Shown here in pieces: positions 1-13,068 of a stretch of 64,000 nucleotides of DNA (positions are counted from its first letter, which is position 1; every line of letters starts with the position of its first letter). The DNA is from Felis catus (lineage: Eukaryota), in NCBI RefSeq assembly GCF_018350175.1, contig NC_058368.1, positions 71,612,001 through 71,676,000 on the forward strand, in the 5' to 3' direction. Under the pieces are notes generated by a model, which was given only the letters and a program-made list of their open reading frames with translations, did not search any database and was not told the origin of the DNA. A program made the position numbers and the translations under genes.

Positions 1-3000
1 CACCTTGAGCTAGGTACAGTAGATAGGGAGGAAGCTAGCTAGCAAGGCCTGTTTGTTCCAAGTCCTCCATGTTCTGTTGTTTCTGAGTGGCCCAGCAAAC
101 ACTTGTTTACCAAACATTTATTCTTTCTCATTCTTCCTAAAGGTTACATTCCTTCCCTTTGAGGTCCCAGACCCATACCCCCTTCTCCTCAGTGTTCAAC
201 ATGACAGAGATGCCTTATTTTGCCTGTGTTTGCGATTTCATGTCTGTGTGGATTTCCTGTAACTACAATTTTAAATTTGATCTTCTGTTCATCTTACGTC
301 CACCTGATCCTTAATCCAGCTAGAAGGACCTTGAATGTTAGAGGAAATTTCTTCCTCCCTGACAAGATCATTCCCAGTACTTTGGACCAGGGGTTGTTGG
401 GTTGTGTAGGAGATGAAAACTTTTTCTTCTCTCAGATTTCAGTGCCTGGAGCCTTTCTAATCAAACTGACAAAAGGCAGATTAACAAAAGAAAAAAATAG
501 ATTATGTTACGTACTTATATACTTGGGAGTTCCCCAAAAAATGTAAAATAAGACATTTAGAATGTGGGGGGTTTATACTATCTTAACAAAGGACACTATA
601 GTGTGGGGACAAAGGAAAGGAGGTTTGGGACTTCTGGGGGTGGGAGTAAGTTGTGGGAAGGTAACTAGGAAATGTAGGATAAATATGGTATTTTTAGTGT
701 GGTTTCTCATGCCGACAAGAACCTTCTCAGGCCATAAGAGTAGCTCTGGAGCAGTTCTCTTCCTTGTGTATGAGAGAAAGACACCTGCTTCTAGACCAGA
801 AGGGGAGGGCAGAGAGCTCATTGCTTTCAGCTCAAAGCAATCCTTTCAACGAAAGGGCATGTTTTGGGGTGGCTGGCATACTGTGCCCTTCTTTAGTTTT
901 CTGCTTTCATCTTCTTGGCCAACAGTTTACTCCACAATATTATCCTCTGTACTTTTGTTTGCTTTTGCCTTGATATATTTTAGTTTCAAATTTCTGACCA
1001 ATATAAGCTAACATTCTGCCTTATTAGATTCTGAGTTTCTTTAGTGAATTCATACTAGTAAGAACATTGTATCATTAAAAAAATCTATATAAAGCCCAGA
1101 GCACTGTTGAACAGCCCCATGGCATCGGTACACTTCCCAGATCTCTGATGTTCCATCTCAGGACTAAAGAACTTTCCAGGGAAGGCCAAGATCCCTATCT
1201 TTTTTCCCCAGAGTTCACTTATTCTGTGCCCTGTAGACAACATTACTTTAACTTGAGATGAGCACAGAACAATTCAAATAGAAGAGGAGGAAATGGAGGC
1301 GTAGGGACCATAGCGAAATGGTACACTTCCCTACCTATGTGCTTATTTACATAATTGTGTTTTTATAACACGTCCTGTACTTTTCTGTAAGCTGATGCTG
1401 CCCTAATTATAGATTTTCAAGAGAACACTTCATTGTACCCCAAATTATATAGTGCTTTAAAAAGGTACCTTCTTACTGGTTTACCAAATACCTCATAAAT
1501 GCGTAATTACGTAAAACTGTTCAGGATACAGAATAGAAACAGCCTGTACTGTTCACAGATGTTGGTATTGTTACATAATTGAGCACAAGGCTTTCAAAGA
1601 TCTATAATATTTTTCTTGTATGAAAAAGAAATGACTCATTATAGTCATAATGTGTCACAGAGACTCCTGATCAAACAGAATGCGTGTGTTCTGTTTTGTG
1701 AGTTCTGTACAGAACATTGTCAATGGACTTGCCTTTGTGGATGGGAAAGTGCCACTTATTCCAGCAAATTACCTTTGTGGCATATGTACTTGCTTGTTAG
1801 ACAGCTTGCGGGCACCTGGGTGAGGCAGAGGCTGGGCCCCTTTATCCTGGCACACCTGCACACTGCGTCCCCACAGCGCCGGGCACCAGGGAAGTTCCCC
1901 CATTCACTGACTCACTCTTTCAGAAACCCGTTGAGGACCCGCAGCCAGCGCTGTCCTGCAAACTGGGAGCGGGCTGGCTTCCTGTACGGTACAGGCTTTT
2001 CCTTCAGTTTTGGCTCTATCTTGAGACACCAGTGATTCAAATTGCAACGAAGGTAACTCCGTGGAACACAGCTGAGGAAATAGGATTGGTTAAGTGCCGG
2101 GTTTAATGTTTAAGTTGCAATTTAATTTTCAGTGCTATGGTGGCAAAAGATGCGTTGCTGATCTTAGGATATTAGAATTGGAAGGACTCGTGTTTCTGAG
2201 GAAAAAACAAAATTGGAAAAACAAATTAGGTTAGATTTTTACATGATTGACAGATGTCCCCATGTTTTTCTCTTCCGAGGAAATTGCCTTTTGGGAATGA
2301 GCCGGAGAAACACACGAACTTAACTCATTCCTTCAAAGGCTTTGATATCAGCCTTAAGATTAGTTCTTTTCTCTAAGGATACTTGGTCTTTTTTAGCAAG
2401 AATTTGAAAGATGCGGTGCAGAAGTGGGCTTCACGTATTTTTCTTGTTTTGCTTTGTTGGAATTCACCTCCCACCTCTCCTTTTGTGACTCTTGCCTCAA
2501 AAACTGTCCTTCATGAGATCGTTGCGCCACTGTGGCTCCTTGTGGCACATTGATTGGTCCAGCAAAAGCCTGGAGTTTGAGAACCAACTTAGCAGCGAGA
2601 GAATAAAACCTGGAGCATAGATTGATTCATAACCGTAAGTGGGCCAGTGTTGAAAGTGGCGTATTATGTCACTGCCACATATTGACATTATCAATTATGT
2701 GTCATTAAACAGCTCACCTCACTGAATGATTTACTTTGTGTGTAACTGCCTTTTTCAATTAAAGGGAGCAAACGCTGGGGAACGGGGTCACAGTATCAGA
2801 AACCATATATTTTCTCCTGTTAACACCAGCCTCGCAGCCTCGCAAGCGAGGGGTGTGTTGGTGTTTTGCTTCAGGCTGTACTGCTCTAGTTTAAATGGTC
2901 CAAACAAGTGATTAATGATTGGGGGCAGGCCCTTACACTGCTTTCCAGATCTCTTCTTCAGCGTACTTCCATTTATGTCACCTAGCCACACGCTTGGGAG

Positions 3001-5535
3001 GTGTTACTTCAGCACAGATCACACTATTTTGTCGGCATTGGTTTCCATTTTGGGGACCCTTGATGTTGCTCTATATACATGTACCTGTTCTCTGTGTATG
3101 TGTGTATTTACTGAAGAATTATATTAAGTGTACTGTAATGCATATATACTCACGTGTTATTTATTTATTAGCACAATGACCTAAACCTTAAACTCTTTGA
3201 CATGGCGTTTGCAATGCAGGTGTTCCTGATATATAAAGACTATATGGTCCAGTGAAAGGTGGGCTTGCCCCCACCAAAGCAGCTCTGGATTTTTTTCTCC
3301 AGGTTTCAGTGGTGATAATTCGATCCAGACGATGCAGTTTCTTGGGACGTTCTTTTATTGTCTTACAAGTCGATGTGGTATTTGGATTTCGCAAGGCTAA
3401 ACCATACACAGTGTTTCTCAAACGTGCGTTTCTCAAAAGTGCGTTTGCAAGAATCAGATATGTTAACTGTTACTCTGAAGTTGAGAATTTGAACTATTAG
3501 TCGACCCACTATATTTGCTCTCTGTGTAAAAGTTTGTTATAACAGTGCTAATTACTAAGCAGCTGGATTTGTGAAAAAGTGCACAGCAGTAATTTGCACC
3601 TGACTGTTGCTTTGCTAGGAAAAGAATTGTGATCACATACATGGGGTGCATGCGCTTGATCTATAAACTTCCAAAGAGCGTGTTTATCTGTGGACCTTCA
3701 ACAGTTTGACTTTTTGAGTATAGCATTTGGTTTCTGTATGTGTACTTCTGAGACACTCGTTTTTACCCTAATAGGAGCTGTTGAGCACTGATAGGACATT
3801 TTACAAAGAGAAGGGTAGCATTTTACAACAAGACTGAAGCTTTTAAATGACTACGTGCTTCTGCTTATTATGTTTTGCTAGTTTTAGGGGGCCAGACAAG
3901 AAACAAGATTTCCTTTCTAATTCCTTACTCTCCTACAAAATCATGAACTGGCCTAGTCAGATGTCAGTAAAATCATTGTTTCAGTGGCAGATCAGAATGG
4001 GCCTGTCCCATTGGACTCACATCCTGAATAATTCTTTCTACGCAAATGGAGTAGATAACACACCACACCGAAACCAGCGGATTTTTGTGTTTGGTTTTGG
4101 TCTATTAAGAACAACTCCAGGTCAGGTCTTGGGAAAGAATTTATTTTTGCCCTGTGGATGCGTCGGAAACATCTGCTTCAGGTAGTTGACAGGTGTTCCT
4201 TATTAACCCATGAGCCAAAGACCCAGATAGGGAGTTCTCACTATTTGAAAACTGCACATTCCTCGTGTTTGTAAGTGTATATTCAGATTAATTCCACATA
4301 CCTCTTATTTGGATTGCTGACAGACAGGAACTTTGAAAAGAAACGGTTGCTTTTAAAGAGGAATGTGAAAAATGAAATTTGCTTTCTTAGTACAAGAGTT
4401 TTTCTGTACTTTTAAGAACTGGTGCTCTTGGGCAGAAAGGAAAGGTTTCAAAGGAACCTCATCTCCATATGGTTTTACTCGATAATCCTTTATCCAACAT
4501 CTTCAGCTCTCATTCCTTTGCTTTCTTGCCTGTGGCTACATTTCTATCTCGGCATCAATTAGCACAGTGATTTATACAACAAGCAAGCAGTTTAGAGGTA
4601 ATGGTACACAATTAACATCTCATTCCACCATAAAGGGTATGCTAAATACCCCAGTCATTGCTTTCTCTGCCTGGAATTGAAATAAGTGTTTGTCCTAATT
4701 CATATGCTATCTGATGTGAAGTGGGCCGGCTTTGTACTGCACTACACCATTAATCTAATTATAGCTAGCTGCAAATGAAGTGCTGTCTGAGCACGGAGAG
4801 TGAAGAAAATAGCCTTTTGTCATTTAGCCTGACTCTGCGAAGCAAGATCACACTTTACGGGGCAATACTGCGAACTGGAAATCTCCATAATATTGCTGCC
4901 TGTTGCATCTTTTCTAATTGCCACAGCATTGTAAACACAACCGGGCGCTGATATAAATAGAGCTGTAGATATGCTGTCATGTGGGTTGTCGGAGAAAGTC
5001 CTCCGAGTGCTGTTGGATTAAATGATGCGTCCTGATTGACAGCTACCTCGAGACTGTGCGGATGGAGTTGTCACAGCATTATGCTGAGGGGCTGCTCCGG
5101 TGGTTGCAGCTGTACCGACTCGGGGACAGCCGCCTGTTCGATTCACCTTCTTGGCCCGGGGTGTGTGTTGTGGGGGGGGGGGGCGGTGGCAGGGCTGGTG
5201 GAGGGGGGGGGAGCTCTCCCAGAGAAGGGCAGCCACAGGCTCTGATCCTCTCTGTTTGGGGTATTGTTTCTTGCAGATTTTTTCTTGCAGATTCTTGCAG
5301 GGTCGGTTTGGTTTGGCTGGGCCCGATGCTGCTGTATTTTGCACGGCATTGACCCCTTGCTGTGGTTTTCCTCCAGTGTTCATAGTGATCCCACAAAGAA
5401 CTCAGGAATGGGGAAAACAAAAAACAAAACAAAAACCGTTGAATTAAGACTCCAAATGTACCTCAGTGTTCTAATGTATATTTAGTGAGGCTTTTTTTTT
5501 TCTAGTTTTCTGAAACTCCAGTGTTTTTAAAGATG

Positions 5536-5537
<2 letters not shown>

Positions 5538-5571
<34 letters not shown>
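5538..5571 (+). repeat. Poly-T tract (T34)
   Basis: Read directly from the sequence. Confidence 0.9.
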
Positions 5572-5573
<2 letters not shown>

Positions 5574-8500
5574 AGCTAGTCATTTCTGACACTTTAAGAA
5601 CACTGACACTTGCTCTCCAGCTCAGAGTTAGGAAAGTAGATTTTTAGGGGCATGTTGGAGTGTTAGCTCTCACTGCCACACCGTGGAAATGAAAAGGCAG
5701 TTTAATGTTGGAGACCCTTGGGACCAGAAGGTGAAAACTTGGAAGAGGAGAACCTTATATCTGAAGAAATGCATCTGCTCCCTTACTTAGTGAGGGTTGA
5801 TATACGGTATATGGCCGGTGCTTCAGGATGTTTTGGGAACTGATGTAACATAATTCCCAGCAAAGTGCACCATTTACCCTTGACTGAGATGGCCCACGGT
5901 TGCCGTATGAAAACACGAGCAGTTCATCAACTGCACATGTCCTGATCGTTTTGGAAGAATGGCATAGGAGTGGAAACCAGAGGTGGGCTACTTTAAGGTG
6001 AAATCACAACTGAGACAGTATGCAAAGCAGCTTGGAAGCATTCATCCTGCAGGGAACCCATAGGCCTCCAGGGCCTGCAGGTGCGCGCACTCGGGGTGTG
6101 TGACTTGGTGAAGTCGCTGGTAAATCTCAGGGCAGTACAGAGAGGCGCACGGATTTAAACTCCCTAAGGAGGCGCAGACACCAGCGGCAAGGCATTTTGT
6201 GTGACCATCTAGCGCAGTGTAGCCGTAGCAAGGGCTGCTTTACGCGGTGGTGTGCGTGTGCGTGTGCTGTGTGTGTGCCTGGCACGGGTGGGCTTGCCCA
6301 TCTGCAGGATGTTTCTGTTAACCAACCTGACCAAAAAGCATATACCCCCCCCCAAACCGTGACCACGCATGGCTTCTCCCCCAACTACCATGGCTCTCTG
6401 CCCCCACCTTTTCCCCCTTCGTTAGGTTCCATGCTGAGAGCCGTATGTTCATTGCAAAAACAATTCCATTGTGTTCCTTTTAAGCGTCCATCTCTTGTAG
6501 TTTTCTTCCTGACCCTTTATGTCTGGCGTGATTCCCTTCTCTTTCTTTCTTGTTGAACTTTTTGGGAGAAATTTTGTTAGACATGGTTTTACATTACAGA
6601 CATCATAAAATTCATTCGCTTAGAGCCTCTGGCTGGGGTCATTAGAGAACACCTCCCATGAATGTTCCCTCCCATCACTGTCCTTCCTACACGGGTTGAG
6701 CTGACCAGGCCACCCCCCGGAGAGCACCTGTTCTCAGCGTTAAGTTCCTCCATGCGGAGCTTGATAATTTGTGGTTTATGAGCACCTCCCTAAAACCACA
6801 GTGAGGTTCCATCTACCGAAGAACCCAGAACGAATCCAGTTCAGGCCCCACAGATGTTTCTTGTGACCTTGCAGGGTGAGAACCTTCTGGGTTCTTCTAG
6901 GATTGTACTTCTCCGTCCTATCAAGTAACCTTTAAAATCTTGGACTCCCACCCCCAGAACCTCAAGTTTGTGGTTTATCTGCTTGAAAACAGTAACAACA
7001 ACAACAACAACTTAAAAGCACAACTCTCCGGGGAGGTTTCCCAGAACACTTTAGGAATATTTTAATGCCTAGCGTAAAAAACCAAACTCTTTGCGCGTCA
7101 TAGGGCATTTTCCTGAATTCTCTTAGCTCGTTGGCTGGCTCTGCCTGAGCCCCGTAAGAATCAGAGAAACCAATAAATAGCAGTTTTGATCAGAAGCTTT
7201 GAAAGCCGTAATGTACACTCTTAAACGACTTCTTTTCTGGGGGCAGCAAAAAGCTTTTATGGCTCTCACCAGGCACTTCATTCTGATGGGCCCATATGCT
7301 TCACCCGCTTAGATCCCATCCCGCCAGCGCGCCCCGCGTCCGCTGCACGGCTGAGCCAAGACGTTGTTTTAAGAGGCGTGTTTGTGTGGGCACGCTGAAG
7401 GGGTCAGGACACATCAAAGGTAATCTTAAAAAGAGAACCTCTTGCTGCCTCCTCTCTTTATATTCAGAAAGGTCGTTTCTTAGCCAACTATTTGCAAGGA
7501 GGCCTCTCCTGAGGCATTTACCCCGTTGTTATTTTTTACTTGTGATTACAATAAGTCGCTTATCCCCCAAACAGATTTAAGAACAATAAACAAATACAAG
7601 AGGAAAAGGAACATCTCATCAATAACAAAGACTGCATCTAAAGGCGCTGAGTTTTGTGACTCTTTTACATCTCTTTCCAAGCAAAGCAGGAGTCCTACAG
7701 AGAAAGGAATTCAAAAGATATGAAAATTATAAAAATAGTAAAAGGATCCAGTTTTAGTCAGGATCTTGTAATTTCTGGGGAGAAATGGAGCTCGGTACGA
7801 TCTCAGCTCTTTATTTACATTAAGGCTTGTTTGTGATATAGCTAAAATTAGGTTTTAAGCCTGTCCACTGTGGTGAAATGTGATAAATCATATTGTTCAC
7901 AGTGCAGAAAGAGCCTTTCCCTGAATTTAGACTTCACATTTTGTAGTCAAATGGTACAAAAAACAAGGGGAAAAAACTAGATCTGTGTGCTGCATTGAAC
8001 CTGGACAGCTGGGCCCAGTGCTGACCAGTCACGTGTTGGGAGCCGGGGAGGGCGCTGCCAGCTAGAAAAGTGACTTTGCTGTGGACTCTCCTGCTCCTAG
8101 GGGTGTTGGGTTTTCTTTTCTAAGGCAGACAGAGCACAGCTACGAAAACCATGCAATTTGGTACAATTATGTTATCCCTTCTTTCTCCGTCCACCCCCCT
8201 ACCCCCCCCCCCCCCCGCCATGGTCTAATGAAAGACTTTGAGGTACAATTCATCGCTGATAAGTAGTCCCTCTGCCTGGAATGTTTATTAGACTGACAGC
8301 ACAATGCACTCTCCTTGCCACTTAGGACTCAGATGAATTTTAATAGGAGCAAAAAGCTTTTATTTGCACTGTAATTTCACTTAAGGATCATATCCTTCAG
8401 AAACTGGCAGACACTTGTATGTCTTGATTGCAAAACACACACTCAGGAGTAAAGAAACATGCAAAAGATGTTATTATTCAACCTGTCACAGTGGCAAATC

Positions 8501-9288
8501 TGAGCGGAACTTAGGCCATCGGTGCTCCTCCTGGGGGTCTCCCTTGCCCTTTTAGAACAAGTCCCACAAAGAGCACCCAGAAGGAATTCCGCCATGCCTG
8601 TACAGAACTAGAGGGGGAGTTCTATTTTGCCTTTGCATCCCTGCCATCATGATGCCCACAGGCGGCTTTGAGTTGCAGCATCTTTTTTCGAACAAAATGG
8701 AGCTGCCTCCGTGTTGTATCTCTCTTACCCAAGGGAGATGCAATTTGGAAGGAATTCAGAAATCTTCAGGTGGTGGTTTCAGCCTCACTGAGTAACCCCT
8801 CCTCAAACCAGCTGAGTTTGTTTCTTTTTGGGTAGACCAAACTGTGGCTCTTCTATTTGTTCATAGAGATCCAGGATATTTTCCCCTGCCAGGCAGAAAC
8901 TCTATTAGAAATGTTCTGTTTGACTGAACTCCCCTTAACCTGCCCGATTGTTTGAGAACCATATACAAAAGGTTCCATTAAAAATACTTGCTTGTGCATA
9001 ATGTTTCTCTTAATGGCTTAAAGTCTGATATTATTGTCTCCCTGTGTAGAAGATAGTCCTTCTATTTCATTTTTATCTACCCTAAGCGTCTTGGTACCTT
9101 GGAAAGACTACGCCATGTTGTGCCCAAAAAGAAGAGCTAACTTTTTCTGTAGTGAATATAACATACTGTGCCTCTAGAAAGAGATTGAATTTTAAATATT
9201 ATTTTGCCCCAAACGAACACTGAAACCCTTTGTCTTAACTTGGTGGCGCGGCCACTCTCGCGGGGAGCAGGAGCCTGAGACAGCGATC

Positions 9289-9307
9289 TGCTGCCATCTG
9301 CTGGCGG
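9289..9307 (-). promoter_or_regulatory. CTCF-like motif (minus: CCGCCAGCAGATGGCAGCA)
   Basis: Close match to the CTCF core CCASYAGRKGGCRS. Confidence 0.55.
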
Positions 9308-9705
9308 GTGCCCGCAGAGTCACCCCTCTCCCTCTTGCAGATCCAGCCAGCTCATAGAATCCGTGTTAATTGGGATAAGTTTGTAAGCAGTGAAGGGAAT
9401 ATAAGGAAAAATCCTCACTGTTTTCTTTACAAAGTTTTGAGATGTTTGTCTTACAGGGTGACTGCTATTTCTCACTAATTAATTACTGGAGTTGTTCTCG
9501 TTTCAAGAAATTTCTTAAATAACCAGCTCACAACATGTGCCAGAAACAAAATGACTATATTTTGTTTCTCTGTACAATAATTAAAAACCATTGAATTCAA
9601 AGATGTGATCATTTAACTTTCAGAGCTAAAAATCTGATTCTGAAAGAATGCTACCTTTGAGGAAAAGTTCATTTAGACTCACTTACGTTTTTTTACCCCC
9701 TTAAG

Positions 9706-9846
9706 TACAAGGTGCATATATTAACCAAACTGGCTGCAGAACTGAACAAATTTATGCTGGAAAAAGCGGCTGAGGACACAAGCAGTATTCTGCGCTCCCC
9801 GATGCCTGGCGTGGTGGTGACCGTCTCTGTCAAGCCTGGAGACATG
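9706..9846 (+). CDS. PCCA: PCCA antepenultimate coding exon (141 nt, phase 0/0): [47 protein letters not shown]
   Basis: Translation matches the PCCA C-terminal region at the start of the biotinyl domain (LRSPMPGVV motif). Acceptor is ...ttttacccccttaag| and donor is ATG|gtaagg. Confidence 0.96.
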
Positions 9847-11114
9847 GTAAGGACCGAGCCTGTCTGTGGGGTGAGGCGGACTGAAGCGCGATCACATTCC
9901 GTGCAGCTCTTTCTTGACTCCTGCCACCCCCACAAAACCGCTAAATAGCTTTTGCACATTCTCTGTCCAACTGCTTCACATTTGAATTGGGTTAGTAACA
10001 GTATCCCTGAGTGTCTCCCCTACCAAAGACCTGGGACTGGAATAGAAATAAGGCCAGAGTCATTCTGTTAATTGGCAAACGCAGTATTTTGGAAGTAGTT
10101 TTTTTAACATTTCTATTTGCTTTCTAGTTCTCTGTGCTTTAAGTATCCTTGAAGAACTGACACCAAGCGATAGTCCTTTGATGGGGAACTCTCTATGATT
10201 TCTGGGGCTAAGGAAAGCTAATTCCATAAACTGTGCGGTACAGAGCACTTCCGTAACTTGATACATATAATTCAGGATCACAGTTTGAAGCTTTTCATCT
10301 CGACCTTGTGACATTAAGGCACAAATCAAAGCTATCTTAGTATTTCCTCACATGTTCAGAATCACCATAACATGTTATGGACAGATTGGTGGGATGGATT
10401 TTCATAGAGCATGGAGAGAGAGCTCTATTGATTCGCAGCAAAAATTTGTAAAAAGAAAACAAAGATGCAACCAGATTTCTAGGGGACAGTTAAATACTAG
10501 CATTTTTATTTATGTGCTGGAAAATCATGGCCCAACATGATAGTCTTTAATGGATGGTGTGGTGGTGACTCCATTGTGTGTCTCAGTGAAATCACAGGAG
10601 TTTACATACTTTCCCGTAAAGAGTGCATTAAAACTTCCTCTGTATTTCTTTAATATACTTAGTAAAATCACACGGAAAAAAACTCATGTAGCTTGCATTG
10701 GCCTCTAGAGAAATATTTATAATAAAAGAATATTAAGAAAAAATGATCAGGAAAAAAAGAAAACGATCCGCTTGTTCTTTAAATGATTAGCCCTGAAATT
10801 GATAAGTGAAGTCAGAAAACTGACTTAGCAGTTGCTCTTACCTGATGATATAGAAACAGAACTCTACCCACTCTTCTAGAAAGGCATAGGAGAGGCTCAG
10901 TAGCTATGGATTGTTGTATTTACTTTAAAGACTTTGACATTCCTGGAAAACAGCCCTCATTAAGACTGTCTTATTAAGGATTTAGGAGAAGCGATACATA
11001 AAATTACATTTATATGTTGAATATGGGGAGGGGTTTGCCTCGTTGGTCTTCATTCTAAAGGGTTAGGGTCCTAAGATGATAGCTCGTCGGCCTTGACATG
11101 AAGAATGCTTACAC

Positions 11115-11180
11115 CAAGACGTCGAATCGCTAAGTTGTACACCTGAAACTAATGTAATCTTGTGTGTCAAATATACTATT
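11115..11180 (+). mobile_element. Short L1 3'-terminal fragment
   Basis: gttgtacacctgaaactaatgtaatcttgtgtgtcaa is typical of the 3' end of carnivore/L1MA-type L1s. Confidence 0.55.
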
Positions 11181-12998
11181 TGGATTTTGTAAAAATGCCT
11201 CCACTCACTCACTGCATTATGAGAGCAGTCAGTGGAATCTTCCAGCAACTAGACGTGCAGGTTGGTAAACAGTGTGGCGGGTTCTTTCTTTTTTTCCGTT
11301 TTTCATCTTAAGCCTTTTCTAGAAGCTACATAGGCTGCCATACTGAGCTTGTCCTAATTGTGTGGCTTTAATTATAAAATCACATTTGCACTTAAAAAAA
11401 TAAGTGTAACTGAAATCCTTACTTTTCCAACACCTGAATCAAAACCAGAGGCAGAGTGGGGGGCAAGAGGGGCTCACACTGTGGTCGGTCTTGCTCCTCC
11501 CTTGGCACTGGCCTCCCCCGCACCACTCCTGGGGCAGAGAACCGGGGAGCATGTAGCCTCCTTGTTTCCAGCAACTGCTTTCTCCAAGTCTGGCTTCTCC
11601 AGACACCAGAAGGGTTTAGGCTTCATACTTTCCATGTCCTGGCTAATAATCTAATGGGGGAAAGCAAAGCATTTAGTAAATTGGAACAACGTGGGGTTAG
11701 TCCTTGGTTCATTGGGATAGCTCAGATATTGAAAACCACCACCAGTCATTAAATGTGGGTATTCAAGAATGGTTTAATTTGAGAACCAACTGTTAAAAAT
11801 GTTACTGTGGGGTCATGGGACCTCTACTTTATGTAGTCCTTTAAAGTCCAAGTCTGGGTGTGCACCCCTAGTGAATTGGCTTCTAGTCTCTGTGTGTTTC
11901 CCCTTACTTAGAAATGCTCTCTGCACGCATGTGCCTAGGCTGGTCAGGGAGAGTGCACACCTTCTTAAATTCTTTGCCCCAGCTTCCGGTGCCACTTTTG
12001 GTTCTTGCTGAACTTCCTTTCTTACTCTGTGCCGTCGTGTTTTGGTAAAACAGTATTTTCTCTTGAGTTAGTAGTTGTGAGAAGTGTCCCAAACCATTCC
12101 CTTCCCCAAATGCAGGGTGAGAAGCTTCATCTTGGGCTCTTAACAGCAGCTTCTATCATTAAATCTGCCTTGTGTAATTAAAACACAAGAAACTTTCCTT
12201 TGACCAGAGGCACACGCTTACTTGAGGCCATTGTGAGAAAATAATACTTGTAACTTTTAAGTTTTGTGGTTTTAAATTATTTTAGTGCCACGGGCATGTT
12301 GTGTTGTTCTTAGCAATAACAATAGCTGAGCCAAAGTTCCACTTGTATCAGTAGAAAGATAATGGAATCAGTCATCCCGGTGTGTTTTCAAGGAAAACAA
12401 GGACGTAAGAAACAAATAGGGGCCTACAGCTCTTCTCGTTTTCTTTGAAGTGTTATTTTTTTATAGTTTGAATTCCAGTAATCTGAAATTTTTATATTCA
12501 GGTTAAGTAAAACTTGAGAAATCTTAGAATGGAGCTCCTGGCAATAATGTGTTCCACAAAAGCATCACATAAATAATAAATAATAAATCTGTTTTGTGAG
12601 GCAAACAATCTTAACAGAGTTAAAAAAAAAAAAAAAAAACCTCAGGGCGAAATGATGTGGGGTGGCTGCTCAAAAGTAAGAAATGCACTCTGAGAGCTTC
12701 CTGTGGAAAGGTCTTTCCCCTCCTAAAGCACAGAAGCTGTGTTCTTTTGGGTTCACGCGGCAGAAGTTTCTAATATCCTTTCAGTGTCTGTTACATAGTA
12801 TTTAACATTAAATGTGGCAGTAAAATCATTTTTCAAATGATTGTAGAGTAGCCTTTTTGAACAAGTGGGAGGGGGTTGTAGTCAACAGTCAAACACATAC
12901 CAGCAAACAAACCACTAAGAAAGAAAGAAAGCGGATTGTGGAAAGTCAGGAGACACACATTTAATTCAGAAGACAGTTGGCAGAATGACTTTCATATG

Positions 12999-13068
12999 CT
13001 TTTGTCTGTTTTTGTTTTTGTTTTCTTGTGTTTTTTTTGTTTTTTTTTTGTTTTTTTTTTGTTTTTTT
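12999..13068 (+). repeat. T-rich (TTTTG)n-like low-complexity tract
   Basis: Read directly from the sequence. Confidence 0.85.

Noticed and set aside
3410..3450. Short 16-bp-period repeat (gtgcgtttctcaaa)
   Set aside because: Only 2-3 degenerate copies with no spacers, so an ordinary slippage repeat.
9847..9948. ORF-track extension of the PCCA exon (VRTEPVCG...)
   Set aside because: It reads through the gtaagg donor into the intron, and PCCA similarity stops at 9846.
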